This document shows, in pieces, positions 10,640 to 21,513 of a stretch of 64,000 nucleotides of DNA. The stretch is from Phallusia mammillata (taxonomy: Eukaryota): contig OZ281497.1 in NCBI GenBank assembly GCA_965637545.1, positions 22,568,001 through 22,632,000 of the forward strand, written 5' to 3'. Made by a program: the position numbers and the translations under genes. The notes under the pieces are model-generated. The model had not been told where the DNA came from and made no database searches. It saw nothing but the letters and a program-made list of their open reading frames with translations. The stretch's first letter is position 1, and each line of letters starts with the position of its first letter.

Positions 10640-10890
10640 ACCAGAAACATGATTCATTATTCTCTGGATGGAGTAATTGTTGTGTAAGCTACGGAAGATT
10701 GCAACGTCAAGGGAACGGCAGAAAAATATATATGAAAATGATAGCACCAAATAAGAAGCAGAGTGAATTCTTTAACGTGTCTTTATACTAGGCTCCTTAA
10801 AACATGAGTGATGCAATGGTGTGTAAAGTTCCCTTAACGCTTCGAAATGATTCACAATCTGTGTCAAAGAATTAGATTGGTGTAAACCTT
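10640..10890 (+). pseudogene. Family X degenerate 5'/central fragment
   Basis: DNA matches to aaacatgattcattattctctggatgga, tgcaacgtcaagggaacggcagaaaaa and acgcttcgaaatgattcacaa. Multiple stops and deletions. Confidence 0.7.
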
Positions 10891-11465
10891 TATATTGCGC
10901 TAAATACTTAGCTACGTTTTCTGCTGTAGGTTAAAAAAGAGTAAATAAAGAAATTTGTTTTTGAATACAACTAATAAACAACTTTATTTGCACTTAACAT
11001 TCCCACAAATCCGATATAATTTGTTTTTACAGTTTGATTGGTCTGTATTGTATTACATTTTACGATCGTTAGGTGTCGCCCGAATGCATTGGAGAAACTT
11101 AGTTCATGCTGATGTTCGACATGTAGAAAAAGAAGTCCACTTTGATCCATGCAAAATCTTAAACCTCAGTGTAATTAAAAACTGGAAGCGTCTTGAACTT
11201 AAAAACTCAATAAAATACAACATAAGGCTTAACCTTCGATCCTTTTGTCGTTTGCAATTAAAAGTTTAAATTTTTACACAACTTCCGTTTGCCAAAGTTA
11301 GCCTGTAAGCTTTTATGTTTTACTGCATGATTAGGAGATATGATAAAAAATACAGTAATGCAATTCCACTCTGAGGCGGATTGTGTCGTTTTGCAACACG
11401 TTAGAGTGACAAATTTGTTTTCATGATAATTTACCTCTCTTTTATCACTGTACAGTCATGTAAGG

Positions 11466-11785
11466 CAGTGGTTCCCAACCTTTTGTTTTTTGAAAATTAC
11501 TACCCCAGTTTGAAAAATAAAAAACATCAAACATTTTTTTTCGATTTTCCGCCGATTTAGAGCTGGTTCAAAGCACTATGAGCCAGACAACGCTTAACAG
11601 TGATCTCACACAAACATTTCGCCGTCACAAACAGAATAATTTATTATCACGCCAAATAGTCATGAAATTGTAATTGGGAAACAATTCATAGCCTTGGGAA
11701 ACAACAAAATATCGCTACTAAATTCAGATGCTCTAATTTTCACAAAAACTGGCGACCCAACAGAATTTACAGGCGACCCCTTACA
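11466..11785. mobile_element. Truncated hAT (Charlie/Buster-like) MITE
   Basis: Starts cagtggttcccaacc and is flanked by tgtaagg on both sides. Absent from paralogous sites (29576, 33720). Right TIR missing. Confidence 0.5.
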
Positions 11786-12168
11786 TTGTAAGGTGTTATT
11801 TAAATCACGTAAGTGGGAAGCTGTTATTTTCTGTAACTCAGTCTTCCGAATGATGAATTATTATTGCGTGGTTAAACGCCTGATGTAACCTGATGGTGTT
11901 GTAAATATACATTTGTGATTGTTTGAGCTTTTGTGTGAATATAATCGGCCTTGTAGGAGGTGGCTGTGAGGCCGCCTGAGACGCGGAGTTTCTTTCAAAG
12001 CCAGGATACTTAGTTTATTTTGGTTCAAGCATGAAATGGTTTTATTTTATAACAAAAGTTTTGCAGGTTGTAGCAGTTGATATGTGCGCTTTCAGGCGTT
12101 TTTACAATGCTTAAAACAGTTAGTAGTGTGGCCTGTATATTATAATGTATGTATTTTAACATGCTCCG

Positions 12169-12482
12169 CAGGAGTGTGCAACTTTTGTCATTATGGGGTC
12201 AAATACAACCATAATTAGATCACGGACTGCATCTTTAAAAACAAGAAGGGATTTTACTTCGTTTTATACCAAACAAGTCTACATTGAGTTAACAACGAAA
12301 TTCGCATTTGATTCTAGCCGCATTATTGTCAGATCGCAGAAAAATAGCACCAGGTGCATTAATCTGCTTAAAAGTATAATATAATAACTGGACCCGTTTA
12401 AAATACAAGCGTCTCTGCGGGCCACACAACCTATAATCATTGGACAGTATTTGGCCAGCGAGCGGCAGGTTGCACACCCCTG
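12169..12482. mobile_element. hAT-type MITE, same family as 27993..28293
   Basis: TIRs caggagtgtgcaac / ggttgcacacccctg. Internal sequence aligns with the 28-kb copy. TSD not recognisable. Confidence 0.7.
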
Positions 12483-12746
12483 CTCTAACGTACAAAGTAT
12501 GCAATTTTGCGTAGTTTTCAGTTAAGTGAGCTTAGTACAGTGTCTACTGTTTGGTGTTTAGCAGTAAAGCGTTTTCACGAAAATTGTTTACTTTGTAAAG
12601 GGCATTTGCCTTAATTGCGTTTCAAGTTAATTTAAATATTAACATACATTTAACTAACATGCGTTTCAAAAGTCACATTTTGATTATATATTGTAGATAG
12701 TTTTGTGTTTCAAAATTTGTTACTATTTAAGCCACCATTCTTTGCT

Positions 12747-13397
12747 ATGTCTAACCAACCACCACTACTACCGCCACAACCACAAATACAAAAATACCAG
12801 TTTTCAGTGACTCTTGGCCTTTCCAGGCCGGATTTAATATTTGGAAACATGATATATTATTCCCCCGATGGAGCATATTGGTGGAGGATTCAAGTTGACC
12901 CAACGGCCGATCGCAACATCACCGGCATCGCGGAAAAAATCGATGTCAATGGTACCGCCTTGCTGGCCGACCCGCAGGAGATAACCCGTTCCCTTTCTTG
13001 TGTCTTTACACGTTCGAATGTTAAAAGTGTAACACCAGTTAAATTGCCTCCCACAATCTACCAAAAGGTGTACAATGTTGCATTCACACTCAGGAAAGGC
13101 ACACAATTTCCTGATCCACCGAACTGGACTGGTGTAAATGTAACTATTTCTGGTGTAAACATAAAAACAGGCCCATTAAAGAAGAAAGATTCTGTCCAAT
13201 CTGTGTATGGTTATGCATCCACACCTAATCGTATACAATTACTAAATGTGGTGAACATACTATGTAATTATTTTAGCCCCACAAACGTAAGATATGTGTC
13301 CGAATGTAAGAATCCACTAGGTTGGGGTTTCTTTGCTGATGTAGAGATAGAATTACCAAGATATGCACACATGGACGAATCTTTACTCTGGTGTTAA
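12747..13397 (+). CDS. Family X protein, divergent subfamily (216 aa from first ATG)
   Basis: First ATG at 12747 within ORF 12705..13397. Motifs YQFSVTL, GNMIYYS, NITGIAEKIDVNG, VAFTLRK, SVYGYAS, NVRYVSEC. Confidence 0.85.
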   Translation: MSNQPPLLPPQPQIQKYQFSVTLGLSRPDLIFGNMIYYSPDGAYWWRIQVDPTADRNITGIAEKIDVNGTALLADPQEITRSLSCVFTRSNVKSVTPVKLPPTIYQKVYNVAFTLRKGTQFPDPPNWTGVNVTISGVNIKTGPLKKKDSVQSVYGYASTPNRIQLLNVVNILCNYFSPTNVRYVSECKNPLGWGFFADVEIELPRYAHMDESLLWC

Positions 13398-13930
13398 GTA
13401 CGGAAATATGTATCGACTTGTATTGATTTTATGACTAATCGCTTGTAATTAAATTGATTTGTTTTTTCTGTTTGTTGAATATAATTTTCCCTAGCAAATG
13501 TTTAATAAAACTGACAAATATACAAAGGAATGAAAGGCGTTTTAAGCTGAACATAGCATTTAGTATTCTATGGTTTTACTAAGCGGCAAATGCAAAAAAA
13601 AACTCTGGAGCAAATATAATTACCATGTAAAACTACAAAGCGTTGCTGGAACTCTTTCTAGACGTTACTTAAATATTAACGTAGCAGTTAAATTCGACTC
13701 ACAAAACCGGTTAGTTGATAGTCAGTGTCGAAGTATTGCTCTTTTTGCTCTGTGTCACCCACTTGCGACAAATGTTTAAAGCAGTATTTTTCCACCTAGT
13801 TTCACAAAACATGTTTACCTGCTTAGTATAGCGAGCCTGACTCACATAGCAGAGATAGTTACTCAAGTGGAAGACTTTTATTCCCTGCGACGGTTAATAA
13901 TGAATCGTTTTATTTTATGTCATTTTAAAG

Positions 13931-14596
13931 CAACGGTTCCCAAACTGGGGTCCGTGGTCCTTTAGGGGTCCGTGATGAAAGTTTAGGGGGACCGCGAAGC
14001 GGTTAAAGTAATTGTATAATTCTCAGTTTGTGCCACTAAATAAGTTTAAAACAAAGTAGAATTAAAAATCGACTGTCTCCATTGCTAAACAATAGCCTTT
14101 ATTGTATGACAACTATCAAAAATGCAATTGTTCGCGCACAATCGTAATGCTTTTTGTCTTGTCTGTGATGTCACAAGCTGTCTTAGGATGATTTTTTGCG
14201 CAATTTTGCATAACCGGCTAAAATCCTGGAACCAATTTTCGTTTTTATGAAATACGGATTTAGGCTTAAGGACCGCGAGCACTGGAAATAATGGTAATGT
14301 GACCGTTTTGAAAAAAATATGAAGTTTGGGAACAACTGCTTTAAAGCCATTGCAACGTCCCGTGAACGTGCCCCGGCTATATCGCGGAGCGTCACACGAG
14401 GGAGAAACGCGATTCCTAATGGCCCCCAACAAGCTGTCCACACATGTAGGGTGTTTTTTACATCTTATTGTGCAAAGAGAACCATAGCAGACGAGGGAAA
14501 CGATAGGAAACGGTTTCTACAAAGACATGGCATTAGCGCAGCGCTTTAAACGTATGAATGTAACTTAAAGCTCACCAACAGTTATGGGAACCGGAA
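13931..14596. mobile_element. Degenerate hAT-like MITE
   Basis: Left end caacggttcccaaactggggtccg, possible right end tgggaaccgg. No TSD found. Confidence 0.35.
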
Positions 14597-14965
14597 TAAA
14601 ACATATAACATGGGCGATCCCAGTTCACACACCTAAATACACAATAAGCATGATACTACAATTTTGCTTACCAAGCGATGTAGAGCAACAGTGTAGAAAA
14701 TCATGTTTTTTTACATGTACTTGAAATACAATTGTAAACGCTTTTGAAATAAAGGTTTAAAAGATTTATTTTGGCAAGTAGCAGCTTGGCACGTAATTTC
14801 TAAAAAAATTATTACAAGCGGTTTAAACAATTTGAGTAACTCAAGCCAATTGCCATTGTAACATGGAAGTTTTTATTGCGCTAAATATTTTGCTTATATT
14901 TTGTTTTCTGTTGTAGGAAAAAGGGTGAAAATTTAATCAAATTCTTTTTTTAATACAACTAATAA

Positions 14966-15424
14966 CAGGGAGTCGAACCGGAACTGAACCCGCGAACCAG
15001 TTTGAGCGGTTAATTTCGTTAAACCCGAACCAACCCGAACCGCTAAAAAGATTTTCTGAAAACCCGAACCGGAGTTGAACCCCATATTTTGTTTGGCGTT
15101 GGACCCGAACCGGAACCGAACCAGTAAAAAATGCAGTAGGTTTTATGTTTCGCGATTTTTTTCAAAACAGCGCACCGAAGAATACACGAGATAACACTTT
15201 TAGGGCGTGTCAAAAATAACAGTGCACGGGTACATTTCGTTTGAAGTTTTATAAGGCCAGATAGATAATGGGTAGAATTAAACTAAAACGAATAAAAATT
15301 TGAACCGGATAAAAAACGCAAACCGTTTCGGACCAGATAAACTGCCCGAACCGAACTCGAACCCTTTAAAAACAAATAACCCGAACCGAACCTGAACCCA
15401 TATGACAAACGGTTCGACGCCCTG
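14966..15424. mobile_element. hAT-type MITE (459 bp)
   Basis: 15-bp TIRs cagggagtcgaaccg / cggttcgacgccctg (1 mismatch). Many internal ccgaacc repeats. ctaataa on both flanks, offset by 3 nt on the right. Confidence 0.8.
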
Positions 15425-16905
15425 AGTCTAATAATGGAATTTATTTGCTTTGTAAACTGGAAGCGTATTGAACTTAAAAACTCAACAAAATACAACATAA
15501 GGCCTAACCTTTGACCGTTTTGTCGCATGCAATTAAAAGTTTAAATTTTTCACAAAACTTTCTTTTGCCAAAGTGTGCATGAATAGGAGATATAATAAAA
15601 ATACAGTAAAGCAATTCCACTGTAAGGCAGATCTAAAGTTTGTTTTGCAACACGTTAGTGTGACAAATTTGTTTTCAAGAACATTTACCTTATATCACTG
15701 TACTGTCATTTCAATTGCTGCTGTTATTTCCTGTAAACGATGAATCATTACTCTACGTAGTTTATCTGATGGTGTTTTGAATATACATTTGTGATTGTTT
15801 AAGCTTTAGTGTAATCTTAGGTTGCTGTGAGCCTGTCTGAGATCTAAAACTTTATTTGCGTATCAATGCATAATACATTGACGCAATCTTATTATTAGGA
15901 ATGTGTTTTATAATGCTTGTTGACACTAAAACGTTTTCACGAATTATCTGTAAACAATATATAAGTCTTATAATATCCCATGCAAAGACAAAAGAGCAAT
16001 GGTTTTGGTTTCGCTAGCCATTAAAATTGTACAAATATATTTTGTTTAATTTACCAACTAATTTGGATTGCGTAACACGGGTTTGTGTATTTTATGACGC
16101 GTGTAGATTATTTGGAAAAGGTTTCAGCATTCTGTAGAAAGATCCTGCACAAACAGTAAAAATTTTACTAACAAACCTTCTTTAGCAGGTATGAGATTAA
16201 GTTGTGTGGTTTAGTGTACATAAGATTTATTAAGATAAACAAATTTGCTTGCCAAGTTAAAACCTTACATTATATTTAGAATATACTAAATGTAACTTTT
16301 AAATTAAACTTATGTAAAACATTACATTTGCAGCCACACACTTACTAAGTTTTATATATATTGTTACTCAGAATCGTACTGCAGTGCCAGAGTTCATAGG
16401 GAAACCAGAAAATGGCTCTTTTCTCGTAGATATATTTGGCTTTCTAGTTGTACGGCAGCCCACCAAGATTCGTTCCCAAGAAAGCAAATTCAGTCTTGAC
16501 TTGCGGATGGTTCAAGTTTAAGAAGAAGTGTAGCCAAGATGCTACGTTGCTTGATTTTGAATTTTAGCAATTTTGTTAAATTGTTGATTAGAAAGTTTGA
16601 CAAAAGTTGCTCAAAATAACCAAAAAATTAAAATTTCTCAACTTATGTGATAACTTTTGATCAACTGACTAAAGTGACCTACTCGTCAATAATATGCCTT
16701 ATTTTAGATGCCATCTGGTAGCTCAGACATTGATATGAAGTTGTGTTTAGGTCTTTATGCCATGGAAAGTATTTCTATAAATAGTAAGGACTCATTTTTC
16801 GCTGGTAATCTTACATTGAATGGCAATAATCGTCTTTTCAACCATTTCTTTTTCAAGTTGTTGGACTTTGTAGGCAAAAAGTTTTAATCTTATCTATCGA
16901 ATAAC

Positions 16906-17535
16906 ATGCCTTATGAAACAGCAAAGAATCCAAGCGTGGATCCAGTGGAAAAATACCAGTTTTCCGTGTCGCTCCACTCTGCACGCCGCAGGAATGATTT
17001 GGCATCTGGAAACACTATTTATTATTCTCTTGACGGTGGTTTTGCAAAAGGATTTTTATGGAAAGTTTCGGTAAATCCTGCTCAAAGCCGAAACATCACT
17101 GGAATAGCAGAAAAAATCGATGTAAATGGTCTTACAGTGCAGACTGACCAACAACAAGCTAAGTGGGCTCTTAAACGTATTTTTACCTATTGCAATGTTG
17201 ATAGTATCACACCAGTCACTTGTGCCCCTACAAATGATCTTATGGTCCGTAATGTCGCTTTCACACTTCGAAATGACCCGCAGTTAGTTGATCTGAAAAA
17301 TTTGGCCGGTGTAAACAATATAATACATGTTGATGGTCACAACGTAAATGTAAAAACTGGTCAACTGGCACAAGAAGAATCTGTTCAATGTGTGTATGGC
17401 TTTGCTCAATCAATGGAACCTATTTCGTTGCTAGCTGTGGTAAATATGCTGGGTAATCATTTTGATCATGCAAACGTAAGATATGTGTCCAAATGCATTA
17501 GTTCTGGTGGTTGGTGCAACTATGCTGGTATCTAG
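16906..17535 (+). CDS. Family X protein, subfamily C (209 aa)
   Basis: Full ATG-TAG ORF with all family motifs. The only intact copy ending in WCNYAGI, i.e. keeping the Tyr. Confidence 0.85.
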   Translation: MPYETAKNPSVDPVEKYQFSVSLHSARRRNDLASGNTIYYSLDGGFAKGFLWKVSVNPAQSRNITGIAEKIDVNGLTVQTDQQQAKWALKRIFTYCNVDSITPVTCAPTNDLMVRNVAFTLRNDPQLVDLKNLAGVNNIIHVDGHNVNVKTGQLAQEESVQCVYGFAQSMEPISLLAVVNMLGNHFDHANVRYVSKCISSGGWCNYAGI

Positions 17536-18458
17536 TAAATTACAAATACTAAGTTTGTCTCAAACGTGTCATTTAGAACATGTACGAATGTGTATAACTT
17601 CATAACTACGTTGATTTTGGTTTGAGGAATTTCGGTTTTTCATATGTTAGTTGGCTATTTTTAGACTAAATTTGAACAATCATCAAACCTTTAAAGACGC
17701 TGTATATAAGTTATTATGTATTATTTAAAACGTTGATGTTTAACTTCTGATTTAACGCTTGTTAATTTTTGTCTGATTTAATTACTTTGTATGTATACTG
17801 TACAAATAAATTTGCTAAACAATTTAAGTTTTTTACCGACTGTAAATTTGCCGACAGCATAATTTCACATTGCGTGAAACATTTTAGCATTTACACAGTG
17901 AACCCGAAACATAGAAAATAATTAACATCAAGTTCTTCAGAGACAGTTGGTCGTCGGGATACCAATTAACGTCACTATGCAAACAGTACTGGGCAGCCAT
18001 ACAACACGACTGACACGTAGGTGACGATGGTAACACCAGGTAAATCCCCAGCAGGTTCTTTTATAACGAAACCCCGGTTTCGCTGTGATGACGTATGTTG
18101 ATTTTTCATGACAGGTTGAGGCGCGCCATACACTATGTGTGGAATATACCGTCCACAATATTTTTTTTCCACTCATATTTTATTTGTCACGCTTTGACAC
18201 TAAAACAATTACATAAACAAAATAATGACGAAAGTAATAACTGCGCGACCGAAAAGCACCCAATTCCGACAATAGTAATATATAAGTCTATAGACTTGCT
18301 GAATTTGAAATTCGGATTCATTTTTATCAGTCTTCATTGGTTTTATTGACATGTGATTTATAAGTACGTCGTTATGAACAACGGCCCAATCTGGTATGAC
18401 AAATAACAGTACAATAAGAGTTAAACACGTGAAACGGCGCACATTTGATGAATTATGC

Positions 18459-19239
18459 CTACTTGACGACGAATTTATCGATGCTTGTTAATATGTAGGC
18501 ATACTCTGATGCCAATTCATCTTTTGGAAAATAGCTCGAAAGTTGTAGGTCGCAGAGCTTGCTGTCACAATACCGTGCATGACACGAACTGTTAAAAAAA
18601 GTGTTTTGTGGCTAAACTTGGTTTATTGCTTCGGTAGAGCAAAACACCATTTATTAAAAATATTATTATTTCCGAAAATAATCTGTTAAAAAGTTTATTG
18701 AAAAAATAGATATGTTTGGTTGTGGTAAGTTTCACTTGCTGCACATATTTTCGCAACGAGTTGAGCATAAATGAAGATAATAAAGTAGCATTTTGTTGCA
18801 TATTTTGGTAATGTCCGATTTGTATACCTATATTTCGTGAAATCCAAGTACACTCCAAAGCTTTCAAAATTGTTTTCTATCGTTCCCATATAGTCACATA
18901 GGTCACTTGGATCGTTGCAAATTTCTTTTGGGACACAAGTTATAACCGGCTGATGCTTAGCAGTTGCGGATTCTGCACGAAAAACCTTACTCGGTTAACG
19001 TTAGACACAAATATGCAACAGATAGTTGAATTGCTGTACTACGGTTTACTATAGGATACCAATAGGAATTTTTTTTGGAAATTTTCTGCTTCTTGCTCAC
19101 CACATATGCCATAACGAAAAGTGTATTCCAGCCTCGCGCACGTCTGATCTTCTCTACCGCAATCACACTCAACAAGTTCAGCACTACCTTGCGAGAAGAC
19201 CACAAAAATCACGAACAGCAACAACTTGGATTTCTGCAT
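18459..19239 (-). CDS. Secreted Cys-rich three-finger-like protein, 137 aa, copy 2
   Basis: Exons 19239-19101, 18972-18828, 18588-18459. Same exon lengths, phases and stop as copy 1. The CC motif reads YC here (CHARYCDSKLCD). Confidence 0.8.
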
Positions 19240-20433
19240 CCTTAATTATGTACGTAAACCCAATGACAATGTAGAGTTTTTAATCAAGAAAACTAGCTTC
19301 TGAAGTAATACAGTGGAGAACTTGAATGATGTAATATAGGACATGTCCACCCAAGGCATGTCCTGAGTCGTTCCTCTTTGGTGCGACTCGGCTTTCGATA
19401 CGCGCGATGACGCTCGCTGAATATTTGAATAAGGTTACAGCGTTCTATAGAAATACTTGCAAAAACATTTACTCTTCACCTGAATTACAGCCATAGATTT
19501 CTCTTTTGTCCGCAGCGTTTCGGACTTTTAAAAAGCAGGAGAAAAGTTTGTAAAATGATATTGTTGGGCCACCGGAAAACAACAATGCTGATTTTAATCG
19601 CTAAATCTGTTATTGGCAAAGCTGCGTATACTGAGCTGCGATCGTAGGGTAAACAAAGCTGCGATCGTGGTGGCAGAAGACGTGGATTATAGCGGACTAC
19701 CACCAAATTAAGTCTGGCTTAAATGTATCACCCAATAAGCTAAACGGTTGCTAGTCATACTTTTGTCGAATATTTACATTAAACAAGGACAAAGTCCGTT
19801 AACAGTGTATCACACGTTAAGCAAGTTTCCACAGCATAGCATTTGCGCAGTACAAATTCTTGCACGGTTTAGCAAACAACACTGTTGATTTTAAAGGCAA
19901 CAACGTTGGTGGAAAAACACTGCAGCAAACTTTTTCGCGGGATAACGAAAAAGGCCAATCTTGCTGTACATTTCGATAGCTTGCATTAAACCAACCAGCG
20001 TTGGGTGGATGTAATGTAAATACAAACACTAAGAACAACCAGACACAACGCTTGCCATAACTGATTGCGAGATAGGTGTTTTCGTTTCACAATTTGCATT
20101 GTGCTCAAAGATTGATGTTGCCGAGTTGCACGCACAAAAATGGAGTCAAAGACTTTAGATGGCATCGTTTGCATTATAGACATCATGATTGTAATTCGCA
20201 CACGAAAAGTTATCTTGTTCAAATCTTTGTCAAAATTTTACTAACAAACCTTTGTTAGCAGATATGAGATTAAGTTGTGTGATTTAGTGTACAGAAGATT
20301 TGCTAAGATAAACAAAGTTGACTGCCAAGTTAAAGGTGAAAACCTTACAATATATTTATAATATACTACATGTGGCACCCAAATTAAACTTATGTAAGAC
20401 ATTACATTTGCAGCTACACACTTACTTATCATA

Positions 20434-21513
20434 ATGGCACAGTTATCAACATAAGATTCTGAAATACAAATTTTCAGAGACTCTTGAGTAACCCAAGGCA
20501 GCATATGAACCAGGAAACATTATTTATTATTCTATGGATGAAGTTTGGTGGAGAATTGCGGTGAAACCTTCGGTCGACTGCAACGTTCAAGGAACAGCCG
20601 AAAAAATAGATCAGAGTGAGAGCACAGAAGCAGATGCAGAGTGGCTCCTTCAACGGGCCTTTACAGATTGCACCGTTAACAAAATCAAACAAGTTTCCCA
20701 AAACGTTACGAGTGATTTACTGGTGCGTGATGTTGCCTTTACGCTTCGAAATGATTTACAACCTGCTGATTAGGTTAAAGTCAGACTTGGACAACTAGAT
20801 AATTCTAGTTGTCTAGTTGGGCAAATTAGAGCAAAATGGCGGTAATTCTAGTTCTAATCTAATTTAGAATTATAGAGTAAGCTCTAATTCTAATTCTAAT
20901 CTAATTTACAGTTTTCCCAAAATCGCTAGTTTGTCCAATGGCACTTTTAGGCATGTGATCTGAGCATGCATTTTTTAACCAAAGCCCACAAAACCATGCA
21001 ATTAACAAGACCAAACTACATCACTGAAACACGTTTTTCGGTGAAATTTGGCACTCAGCTCCGTTTAAACACGTTTTAGATGCACCGAATCGTATTGTTG
21101 TAAATGTGCAAATCTTCCAGTTCAAATTTGAAACAAACTAAAGTTGGTTGGCTCAAATCTAATTCTAGTTTAAATTCTAGTTTAATTTTTAGATTTTGAG
21201 AAAATTCTAATTCTAATTCTAATCTAATTTGCAAAAAAATGGGATGCTCTAATTTTAATTCTAATCTAATTTGAAAAACCGAAAAAAAATCTAGTTGTCC
21301 AAGTCTGGTTAAAGTGGTCTATGTGTACAAACGGGTATATTGAAAAACGAAAGATCGGTAAAATGTGTGTATGGTTTTGCTGAGTCATATGAATCTGTTC
21401 CGTTGTTAACTGTCGTAAACATGCTGAGTGATTATTTTGGTCGTGCAAACCTTAGGTGGGTGTTAGAATGTACGAACCAAGGAGCTTGGTGCAACTATGC
21501 TGGCATACAGTAA
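20434..21513 (+). pseudogene. Family X pseudogene (subfamily C), early stop plus MITE insertion
   Basis: ATG GCA CAG TTA TCA ACA TAA, then family motifs, interrupted after VAFTLRNDLQPA by a MITE. Ends WCNYAGIQ*. Confidence 0.85.
20782..21307. mobile_element. hAT-type MITE (526 bp)
   Basis: Perfect 19-bp TIRs cagacttggacaactagat, perfect 8-bp TSD gttaaagt (20774-20781, 21308-21315), subterminal tctaattctaat repeats. Confidence 0.92.

Noticed and set aside
20880-21275. Regularly repeated short motifs (also 3680-3750, 14990-15400, 30540-30990) as a CRISPR-like array
   Set aside because: Units are short, irregularly spaced and enclosed by TIRs and TSDs; they are MITE subterminal repeats in a eukaryotic genome with no cas genes.
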